From positions 18,724,001-18,788,000 of the forward strand of contig JBHGNT010000012.1 in the NCBI GenBank assembly GCA_043228905.1: 64,000 nucleotides of DNA. Direction: 5' to 3'. The notes beneath the pieces are model-generated. The model did not search any database, was not told the origin of the DNA, and worked only from the letters and a program-made list of their open reading frames with translations. A program made the translations under genes and the position numbers. The DNA comes from Azolla caroliniana. Its lineage: Eukaryota > Plantae > Polypodiophyta. Positions within the stretch are counted from its first letter, which is position 1, and each line of letters opens with the position of its first letter. Below, one piece after another: positions 51,944 through 62,532 of this stretch.

Positions 51944-54939
51944 ATTCTCACTCTTAATCTCACATTCACCCACCGATTGTATACCATTTGCACTCCTTGT
52001 ATTGACCTCACGGTCTAGAACGACACCCTCAGGGAAATCAGGAAGGTGATCGAAGAAGGCCTCAGTAAAGACCGGATGATTCCGATTAACTTGGTGGGAA
52101 TGTACGAAGTCATTGCCGACTTCAGGGAAAGGTTCAGGTCGGATCGGACGGCCTGCGTGGATACCAGGTACAGGACTGTGGACCGGAAGGTGAGGATGAC
52201 AGCAAGGAATGAATAAAAGGGGTCGTGTGGGACCCAAGTTTGCAGAATCCGGCCGGCATAGGACACCAGTTCATCGACATAACGCTACAGGAGCTCAAGG
52301 TCGGTGGGGGTGGCTTTCTACTGCCAACGGAGGAGGAGAGGTTTTGAGGAATGCTCAGGAGGCACGGGAAGGCCTTCGCGTTCACCCCGGGGGAGATCGG
52401 GTGTGTGGACCCGACAATCGTGGAACCAATGGTGATCTTCACGGTACCGCATGTGCCGTGGAATCTCAAGCCAATTCCAGTACCTAGAGCTCACATCCCG
52501 GAGTTGGTGAAGCTGCTGAAAAAGAAGGTGGAGATGGGCATCCTCGAGCCGTCGAGTGCCCCATATTCGAACCAGTGATTTATGGTGCCAAAGAAGAACG
52601 ACACGATGCGTTTTATTTAGGACCTGCAACCGGTCAATAAAGTGACCATCCGAAATGCAAGTATCGGGCCAACCATTGACGAGTCTGCAAAGGCCTTCAC
52701 CGGAAGGTCAATCTATTCGGTCGGGGATCTATACTCGAAGTACGAGCAGTTCCAACTAGTCATGGAGAGCAGGGATATTACGACCATGCGGACTCCTCTC
52801 GCCCTAGTGCGGATGTGCACCTTGCCGCAAGGAGGGACCAACTCGGTGCCGCACATGGTGAACGCTATCAACAAAGTGCTAAGGGACTGCATCCCAGATA
52901 TCATCATGTCATTTTTGGAAGATGTACCGATAAAGGGTTGTCCGTGGAAGATAAGGACATGTGGAGGTTCCTGGGGGCATGTGCGTACTACCACATCTGG
53001 GTTCCGCATTACGCGCACATAGCAGAACCGCTCTACGGGCTACTGAAGAAAGGATGCAAATTTGAGTGGGGTGAGGAGCATACGGAGTCGATCCGGAGAC
53101 TGAAGGAGGCACTTACTGCGGCACCGGCTCTCTGGAAAGCGGTTTACGACAAGGAGGTCCCAATCTACGTAACCGTAGATACGAGCCCGACCGGGATAGG
53201 ATGGGTGATCCATCAGGAGGACGAGAGCGGCACGCGGTTCCCGATCCAGTTCGGGGCGAAGGTTCTCAATGAGCGACAACGAGGATACGCCTAAGTTAAG
53301 CGCGAGCTGTGGGGTATTGTTTCGGTGGTCAAGTCCGATAAAGATTACTTGATCGGGACAGAAGTAATCATCGAGACGGACTGCCTGCCGGTCCTCGGTA
53401 TGGTTTCTGGATGCGTGACTCCAGACCTGGCAATGCTCAGGTGGATCGCGTACATTAAGTCTTTGGATCCAGAGATACAACACATCTCCAAAAAGGACAA
53501 CGCCATGGCCGATATGCTTTCTAGAGCACGGTTTGACGATGAGAACAACATGGTTTCGGAGGACGAAGAGGTCGGCGTAGACTTCTTCGAGTCGGCTCAC
53601 GTAGCGACAAGGGTAGGGAGCACTCCGGCGCTTAAAAATTTCAATGAGAGCGAGTACGATGGGGAGTGGCTCCAGATTAGAAGGTTCCTAAGGACAATGA
53701 CGCCGGACGCGGCATAGACCAGAGAGGAGGCTAATTGGATCCGGAAGAAAGTGTACCGATTCTACCTACGGGACAAAAGTACATGGAAGCTCCCAAAGAC
53801 ACGAGGCGGCGTTCCGCTCCACGTGGGACACCGCAGGACGTGGGCCACGTTCGAGAAACTAAAAGAGAAGTATTGGTGGCTAGGGTTGTACCGGGATGTG
53901 TACCGATTCATAACAACGTGCGAAAGTTGCCAACTACACTCCACAGTCTGACATCGAGAGGAGCTACACCCGACCTACCCGCCAACCGTCCATTTCAAGT
54001 GGATGGTAAAATTAGTAACGATGTCAATGGGGGTAGGGCAAATGTGGTACTTGGTGCTTGCGCCGGAGGATTTGACGAACCAGGTAGAGAGCCGCGCACT
54101 GCAAAACAAGACAACTGCAGCGATGTGCCGGTTTCTGATCGAAGAGGTAGTATGCCGGTACAGGTGCGTGGGAAAGATCATAGCGGACCATGGGGAACTG
54201 GATGCACAGGAGGCCAAAGAGATGTTTGAACGGTTAGGGGTTAAACTCTCGCTCACTACGGCTTACAATCCGAAGGCAAATGGGAAGGTGGAGCACGGAC
54301 ACGGCCCAATCGTAAAGGCGTTGGTACGGGCCTGTGGAGGCCAGGTCGGGAATTGGTCGCGGCTCCTACCCTACGCACTATGGGCAAACAGGACGATGCA
54401 TAGTTCAGTAACCGGGTACATGCCGGCGGAGCTGATGTACGGGCAGAAACCGGTCATGCCGGTGGAACGGACGATTTCCTCGTGGGTGGTGATAGATTGG
54501 AGGAACTAGATGAGCCCGGAAGAGCTGTTGGCGGCACGGATTCGACAGCTTAAGACCGGAGGACGTGGAGCGGGCAAAGACAAAGCTGCAAATGGCGAGG
54601 GAGAGGAACAAAGGCCGGTTCGACCAAACACACCAGTTGCGGCCAAAGAAGATCGAGGAAGGTGACTGCGTGTTGGTATACGACAGCAGCCTCGACAACC
54701 AGCACAAGGCAACGCACAAATTCACGAGGAGGTGGTCCGGGCCCTATGTCGTTCCGAGCACGAATGACAATGAGACATACCATCTTGCAGAGCTCGACGG
54801 GACGCGATTAACAGTGCCAATAGCCGGGAAGCAGATCAAGGCGTTCAAGAAGCGACAGGAGGACGAGCCGGAGCCGGGAAGCGTGACCGACGACCACCAC
54901 CGGTTCGGAGCAGATGAGGATTCGGGAGGTAACGGATGA
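49003..54939 (+). pseudogene. X gag-protease 3' part and pol (RT, RNase H, integrase), degraded; interrupted at 50007-52020
   Basis: Fragmented ORFs collinear with Y pol, ending KQIKAFKK...* before the PPT and 3' LTR. Confidence 0.88.
50007..52020. other. Unclassified 2-kb pyrimidine-rich insertion with (CT)n tracts, ~80-bp direct repeats and ~67-bp tandem repeats
   Basis: Interrupts X pol at EAVS|DTL. 50299-50378 is repeated at 51941-52020. Three tandem units lie at ~50890-51100. Confidence 0.75.
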
Positions 54940-55616
54940 TTATAGGCTGGTCTTCTCCGTCAATTGTTCGTGTCTGGTGCATACCGGTGGATGCACGGTT
55001 AGGTGGGGGCAGATGTCGTGAAGAAAACCGGCCCTAAGAGGAATCAAGGAATCAAAGGCATGAACCCGCCCTTGCACGAGTGTGCACGAATTGATATCAA
55101 TTGTACATAACTAGGAATAGGACGATTGATATAAATATACTAGGTGTAACATATTTATTAGGAAATCGATGTGTATCTCTGTCCGAAGGGACAGAGAATA
55201 AAGTTGACATCTTTTGATGTAATGGCCTCCTCAAGGACCTATAAAAGGGGGGGAGAAGAGGAAGAAGGGATGGCGCGTTTTTGAGAGGACGAAGTGTTGT
55301 CGAACTGGGAACCAAGCTCTCTCCTCCACCACGGTTGTTGCAGGGATTTGGGTTAGGTTGGTTGCCTCTGCTGCGTGAAAGCCCGCGTGCTTCCGATAGA
55401 GGCTCCACCACATATTTCAGTGCATGTTGAGTCTGTCACCGACTTGCCGGTTGTAACATTGCACGTTGTAATCTATATTGTTATTGGAATTGATTCTTTC
55501 TTTCTATCTCTCTGTGCTCCTGTGAATCTCTCTCTTCCTCTTATCTCTCACACTCCTCAGTTTAGGGCCCCCGTGGTCCCGCCTTGTTTCATACGCATGA
55601 GCGTAACAACACGACA

Positions 55617-56228
55617 ACGTTGTGGTGAGCGAGAGTTTAACCCCTAACCGATCAAACATCTCTTCAGCCTCTTGCGCATCCAGTTCTCCACGGTCCCCTA
55701 CAATCTTCCCTACGCACCCGTACCGACATACCACCTCTTCGATCAGGAACTGGCACACGACCGCAGTCGTCTTGTTCAGTAACGCTTGACCTTCCACCTG
55801 GTTCGTCAGGTGCTCTCGTGCTAGCACCAGGTATCGCATCTACCCTACCCCCATCGGCATCGTCACCAGATCCACCATCCACTTGAAGTGGACGGTCAGC
55901 GGGTAAGTCAAGTGCAGCTCATCCCGATGTCGGACTATGGAATGCATCTGACAGCTTTCGCAAGTCGTTACAAACCGATGCACGTCCTTGTATAGTCCCA
56001 GCCACAAGTACTTCTCCTTCAGCTTCTCAAACGTGGCCCACGTCCCCCGATGTCCGGCCCAAGGACTCTCGTGGTACGCCATCAACAATGCTTCCTACTC
56101 CTCCTCCCTCGCCGCTACCCGGAGTGGGACGACGTCTTGCTTCTTCGGGTGCTTCCATATGCTTCCGTCCCGTAGGAAGAATTGGTACGCTTTATTCCGG
56201 ATCCGGTTAGCCTCTTCCTTCGTCCACA
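55617..56228 (-). pseudogene. Host element H integrase (continuation of 2127-2138)
   Basis: YHESPWAGHRG...CESCQ...WMVDLV...GDRGELD...VKLSLTT. Confidence 0.88.
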
Positions 56229-56420
56229 TCAGCCGGTCGGTTAGATGATGAAGGCTATACGGGTAGCATCCGGAACGGAGTCATGAAGTTCTGCAAAGGG
56301 AGCCTAATAGTGGCTCAAGCCTGGAAGGTCAACACACTGTAATTTATGAATGCCCGGATATTCCGTGAAGAACTAAATGTTGCATCTGACACTACCGGCG
56401 AGTTGTGGCACAAAAGATTA
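56229..56420 (+). pseudogene. Copia pre-integrase fragment related to element C
   Basis: SAGRLDDEGYTGSIRNGVMKFCKGSLIV...GELWHKRL is nearly identical to C pol. Confidence 0.8.
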
Positions 56421-56693
56421 TTTGAAGAGTAAGTACAAGAATAACTATGAGGCTTAAGACTGGCGTTGAACCAATTTCGTTCGAAATAATGCCTTGTGCC
56501 TCCTTTTATAGTGTTCTCAGGAGTACTCCTGAAGTTTCTAGAATGTTATGGAGAAATCTGGATTATACATCAATTTTCTATAATAAAATTTAAATGAAAA
56601 TAACATTTTTCGTATTATAATACATCACTTAATGGTAACAACTCGACCCATGTAACATAATGTCATGGGTTCGAGTCTTGCCATATCATGACA
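56421..56693 (-). mobile_element. Partial LTR related to the Tcn1-like LTR at 43217-43641
   Basis: Collinear similarity (GAGGCTTAAGACTGG.GTTGAACCAATTT...CTTGCCATATC.TGACA). Confidence 0.8.
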
Positions 56694-57202
56694 GTTTCCG
56701 GTGCTATCTCGACTCCCCCCTGCTTCTGGAGGGTCCAAAACGATTGTTGGCATTACAACCATGCCTTCCATCTTGCTCCCGTCAGCCGCCTCCATTGCGC
56801 GTCGAGCGTGCTTCTCCTCTACTAGGAGCATCGACTGTAGGTCAAAAAACGATGGCGTATTCTCCCTCGTACGGACCGTAGTTTAGAAAGCTCCGAACTT
56901 CGACACAAACCCTCTGAGGCAAACCTGCACCATTTCGTCCTCCTCGACGTTTACATCGACGGAGGTGAGAGAGTCACAGATGTCCTTGATCTTGGAGGTG
57001 TAGTCAGCCACCGACAAATCTCGTTGTCGAACATTGCTCAGCTCTTGCCTGAGTTGGAGCTTTCTGGGTGTGGTGCTCGCGGAGAAAATCTTTTTCAGAT
57101 CTCCCCAAGCATCCTTCAGCGTCTTCGCATCCCGAATGTAGCTTAGAAGCTGATCACTTACACAGGATGTGAAGCAGTAGAGAACTCTGCTTGCCGCCTG
57201 TT
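56694..57202 (-). pseudogene. Copia gag (UBN2-like) fragment
   Basis: AWGDLKKIF...RKLQLRQELSNVRQRDLSVADYTSKIKDICDSL...FFDLQSMLLVEE. Confidence 0.8.
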
Positions 57203-57338
57203 CCATTGGATAGATATTCCGTAGAGGAATATATTTTGGTCAGTACTTTTGTCAGTACGCAGAGGACTTCAGTGCTCATCAATGAGCCTCTACACTAACT
57301 CCCAAAATATATTCCTCTATGGAATATCTATTCAATGG
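57203..57338. repeat. 136-bp foldback with 37-bp arms (MITE-like), followed by three GGTTTAYGCACC repeats
   Basis: CCATTGGATAGATATTCCGTAGAGGAATATATTTTGG is the inverse of 57302-57338 with 2 mismatches. Confidence 0.75.
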
Positions 57339-57444
57339 TCTCTTGGTTTACGCACCGCTACGGCCTCTCGTTGTGCACCCGGTTTATGCACCCAGTCTAC
57401 GCACTGGTTTACGCACCCAATGTTGAGCTTGTATCTTAACATGT

Positions 57445-58365
57445 TTTAAATTCAGAAATGAAGCAATTTCGTGGAAGTCGAAACTTCAGGAATGCACGAC
57501 CACTTCAACAACTGAGGCCAAATACGTAGCCGCATCTAATGCGGTGAAAGAAGCTCTATGGCTTGGTCGGCTAGCGTGTACGTTTTGACAAGCCGCCCCC
57601 AATTCGGCTCCATCAGGTAGGGTGGTGTTGCTTCGTCGAAAAAACTAGTTCATCACAACACCTCCAAGCATATCGACATTCGGTATCACTTTGTTCAAGT
57701 CTATGTAACTTCAGGGAAACTCAACCTCGAGAAGATCTCCACGACTGACCACATATCAGACGGGATGACCAAGTGTCTCACAGCTGACCGATTTTAGTCA
57801 CTTCACCACTAGATGGGGTTAAGGAGTATTCAGTCTAATCGAGTCGGACAACAGAGATAGCTTCGAGCACTCGGCCTCGACAACCAAACCAGCTTCTACA
57901 CTCAAACCAGCTGATTCGACCTTTGTTTCCTCTCGATCGTCATTGATTCAGCTACAAGCCAATTTACTCTAACATCTCTTGGTATAACCTGTACATCTTG
58001 ATTTATATTCCATGTTTCAACATAGTGTATACGCCCATTACGGGGGAGTGTCGAATACGGGTGTATAATGGTCGTATTCACATTGTCCCATTGGACACAC
58101 TAGGTTTAGGCTATTTCTGTAAATAGTGGAAAGGGCAGTTGTCGTAAGTCAGTTAGTATTTAAATTGACGTTTGTAACCTAGTCTTAAGGTTTTTGTCTC
58201 CATTCTATTGTAACTCTGAGTTCGAATAATACAATTACATATTGTGTGCCATTCTCTGTCTCTCCTTCTCTCACTCTGTCTCTTTGACCTTGGTCTACCA
58301 TGCTAACTTGGTGATCTTCTAACAATAGATTTTTTTCTTTGCACTAATGGTCTCAGCCACCAACA
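57445..58365 (+). mobile_element. 3' end of a Copia related to A: RNase H remnant, PPT, 3' LTR 58049-58365
   Basis: [22 protein letters not shown]...HIDIRYHF; ATTACGGGGGAG then TGTCGAATAC...CCAACA, similar to the reverse of 2491-2799. Confidence 0.85.
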
Positions 58366-58404
58366 TCTTGAACATCGTCTGCCTCATACAACATCAAGCT
58401 AGAA

Positions 58405-60666
58405 TGTAAAACTCCCGACATCGCCACTCCCCATGTTACGGGCATGACCATATAATATCCCATGGTGAGAATTTACCGTAGTATTCTATACACGTGGATA
58501 AGTGTGAGGGTTAAACGAGAGTGTAAAGAAGGGGAGGATTACTTTTAAATCCTTAGGATTGAGACAACCCATTAGGCCAAGTGTGAACATGGCTGGGGGC
58601 CTTGGGTATCGTTATAAATAAAGGCCTAGCTACCCTCATTTCATTATCTTGTTGACTACGTCGAGACTCTGTCTTGTGGTGGGTCAACTCTTGTAGCGAG
58701 CGCGCCAGCACCAGGTACGACTCAATGCCACGACAGTGGTATGGGACGCTGATCGAGGCTCGAGTCCGTCTCGATCCCTTCGCTCGGGGGTGGTCAAGTG
58801 GATCGGCACCCTTCTTTCTCTCTCTCCTTTCTTTCTATCTACCTAGATCTATCCTTATCTAATGCTTACTTTAGTACATGTCTCTAATATTTGGTATCTG
58901 AGCCTATGTACTAATGTTTCTTTTGTTGGTCTTAGCTTCTCGATGGATGGCGATCGATCGTTGTGCGGTTGGCCTTCATGCAGACAAGGATCAACAAGGA
59001 ACTTCGGTAATCTTTCTTGTTATTTTTTGTCTATTTTTTCTTCTCCCATCTAATCATGGGTATGGTTAATATGTAGATTATTTTTATTAATTAAATGATG
59101 TTGTAGTGGTATTTAATTGTTTATCTAAAACGCTTATATATGTGCACGAGGTCAATACCTCGTTTGACATATAAATAATATGTGATGAGTGTCGTATGCA
59201 TACGAGGTTAATACCTCAATTACGTATTACGTTCACAAACATATGTTACGTTTGCGTATGAGGTCAACACCTCGATTTTGTTGTAAATGATATGTGTTTG
59301 GTCTTGTATGCGTAAGAGGTCAATACCTCAATTGCGTATTACGATTAACCCTTATTTTTGGATGTCTCTTGCGCGTAGAGGTATATGCCTCGATTACGTA
59401 TCTCGATTACGTCATTTTTGTCTATTAAATATAACGATTTCTTTAATATAGCCATATGTGGTCACGTGTATACGTAGTTGATCGTATATATGTGATAATA
59501 TACATATGTGTATATAAGTTATTACGTGATTTTAAATCGAATGTTTTCCTTTTCGGGGAAAGGTTCTTGGTGGTCATCCTCACATTTTTGTGAGAAACGT
59601 GTTGTCATCATCCCTTTTTTTCAACAATTTTTTATTGTTGAAATCCCCATTGGTGACTTTGATATTTCATTACGTAAAGAAACTCCAATAGCCATAATGA
59701 TGTTGAGTACATAGGGTTTGACCCACTTCATGTGAGGTCGCTCTTATGACACACGTATCCAACATCCCTCCCTCATTACATGGATACGATGCCACCATGA
59801 GATCATTCTTACGAGAGGCATTCATAATGACGTGACCATGTGATGGGCCACATGGGCCTACTACGAAAAGAGGGCTCATTTGGCTTGACCATAAGGTTGC
59901 ACTTTGGCGTATGCCATCGTAATTACGAGACTTGAGGTTAGGTAACGTACCAACATAGTTGTAGTAAAAGAGGGCGAAATAAGGACTCTTGACATATATG
60001 TTTCTTTTAAAAAAACATATATGGGCAAATGCCTCGCATATCTCTTATATGCATGAAATATTAAACATTCAAGAAGAGCAACTTACTTGGTTGGCTCAAA
60101 TGTTTAATGCATTTGTTCTCGAGGTCTCGAGTTCAAATATGACCAAGATCATACAACATCGTTGATACATATGACTATAACACATGTTTAGACTTGAGGT
60201 CTAAGTGCACTTCGGGGTCCTCGTAATAGGACTTAAAGAGCCGAAACCACATATGTGGGCACCGAAACATAGTTTATTGTTAACATTTTTTTCGTGTATA
60301 AGCTATTCATGACGCGAACATACATGGTTGAGCCTCGAGGAGTCGCCATATAAAATCGATATAGAGATCAGGGAAAGACATTCATTTGTCACCCCCATGG
60401 TTTTTAAAACACCTTTGTGTTACCATAGTAACCTAATCTTGAACCTCATCTCATACGTCTAGAGGGGTATTGATGTGAGATCATGATATCGATTAATGTT
60501 TGCCCATTATAGGTTTACATCACGACATGATGTTGTGACTATCTCTCTGACCTTATCCTATTTCTTTTCCAAAAATAATCATTTAATGGCTCAAAATAAC
60601 GACCCGATGTCATCCGCTCAAGCGGAAGGAACTCAAGGGAATCCTCCTAGACAAATGTCCATTGAG
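58405..60666 (+). mobile_element. Putative long LTR (TGTAAAAC...GGTTTACA, 58405-60519) and possible gag start at 60586
   Basis: Inverted TGTAAA/TTTACA ends, TATA at ~58613 and internal tandem repeats. No TSD, PBS or partner LTR seen. Confidence 0.35.
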
Positions 60667-61739
60667 CAGCGTTGTTTACGTACGCGTATTTAACGTATCA
60701 ATACGTATAATACCTTCTTATTTGTATAGTACGTACCATACGTCAAAGTTGTTCATTCAAATGTCATATACATTCGTCTAATACGGTATTTAATGTACCT
60801 TTAAAAAAATACGTATAGTACGTATTTATAGAAAATGTGAGTAAAACCCTATAGAACGCAAAAGAAAAGAACAACTTTAGTAAAATAGAAGGAACGAAGA
60901 AAGACGGACAGAATAGACTTAGAAGAAGAAGAAGAAACAGAAAAAGCAGAAGAAGAAGAAGAAGAAGAAGAAGAAGAAGAAGCACTAGAAGAAGAAGAAG
61001 AAGAAGAAGCACAAGAAGAAGAAGAAGAACAACAACAACAACAACAACAAGAAGAAGAAGAAGAAGAAGAAAATAAAATCAGGTTAGTGAATATGTTTCT
61101 TTCTTTTATTTTTTATGATTAAGTATACCTCCCATTTTGTTGTATTCCAATGTCAAGTTGTATGATAATACCAAATGACAAGAGAGATTTAATTTTTAGT
61201 TGATCTAGTTTACGTATGCTTGTGTCCAGCAATCTATCTATTCCACAATAATGCATCTATACAAGTAACAAATTGGTAGACAATTGTAATTGACGTCATG
61301 CAATAAAACTCTCCTCTTTGCAAGTGTTGAGATCAAATATTATAGGAACCATGTGTTGAAACTCAAACATGTATGTATACATGTAGACAATGTGTTCAAA
61401 ATCTTTCACAATTTGTAGCATTAGCTAATCCTTTGCTTATTGATTTTAGTGGTTGTATCCCATTTGAATTCATTTCAGAAATTGATCATTCTAATTTACT
61501 TTCCATGTTACTATAAATGACATTGGTTTCCAGAAACATTGAAGATCTCAATTTCGTGTCATGGGAAAAGTGCTTGGTCCTTTTTTAATGATGTCCCATT
61601 TTTTATCATTTGCAATGCATATTTATTTTTGTTAACAACTACTCATTTTTTGGAATATCATGGTTTTGGTTGTCTGCTTTTGAATGTGATGGGTATGAAT
61701 AAATGTGCACTTGCTAGAACCCTTTCAATACAGCCTCCA

Positions 61740-62191
61740 TATACATGGATTGTCCTTTATCTGTAGGCCCTAATAAACCGCACACTTTTAGGACATGGGC
61801 AATGTATATGCATCTGGAAAGATTCCATCAACTTGCATTTTATCGAAAGAATCTAATGCTTTCTCAGTAGTTCTATACTCAACAAACCCTCCAATGAGAG
61901 CATTCCTTTAAGACACAAGAAAAGGTGAAAGTGTTTGGTAGTAATAAGTATCCCCTCATCTTGTATCTTTTCAAAGCTTTTCAGTGCATCCTCAACGGGT
62001 CCTTGCTCAGCATATCATGCAATCAATGTTGTCCATAATACCACATCTCGATTGGACATTCGGTTGAAAACATTTTGCACTTCCACTATATATCCACATT
62101 TGACATACATATCTAGCAAAGCACTATGAATAAATAGATCTTCATCGAACCCTTTCTGTACATCTTCAAGATGGATTTCTTGACCAAATTC
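61740..62191 (-). pseudogene. Captured PPR fragment in hAT copy 2
   Basis: Same sequence as 18525-18975. Confidence 0.85.
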
Positions 62192-62532
62192 TACTTCCCT
62201 TTTGGCTTCCAAACTTGTTGAATTTTTTGCTTTTATGCATGTCGTTATTACGTTAAGCATTAAGGCTCTTTAGTTAAGTTATGGTAATTTTTGCTTCCTT
62301 TTTAGCTTCCAAAAGAGTTGAATTTTCTGTTTTTATACATGTCCTTAATTGTAACATTTTCTTGTATTTGCTTTCTATGAATAAAAGATACTCTTGAGTA
62401 TCCTGTAGTTGCTTATTTAAAGTAGTATAATCCTCATCCTCCCTGAAGGTTGATCTATTCAAAGTTTTTAGTTCTTCGATTTGCTTTAATGCATTCATAT
62501 AATCTTGCTCCTCAATGTCGTAAAGAAGGAAA

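Larger units (their letters stand above)
2139..55616 (+). mobile_element. Ty3/Gypsy element X (non-chromovirus, tRNA-Trp PBS, Phygy-like), expanded to 53.5 kb by nested insertions
   Basis: 5' LTR (2139-2490 + 11734-11985) matches 3' LTR 55014-55616. TSD ACGT on both sides; removing X restores host integrase GGATTGT-ACGT-TGTGGTGAGC (LTTTYNP on minus). PPT at 54997-55013. Confidence 0.9.

Noticed and set aside
52010-52020. Helitron 3' end (CTAG) for the 2-kb insertion
   Set aside because: There is no subterminal hairpin and it is not inserted between A and T.
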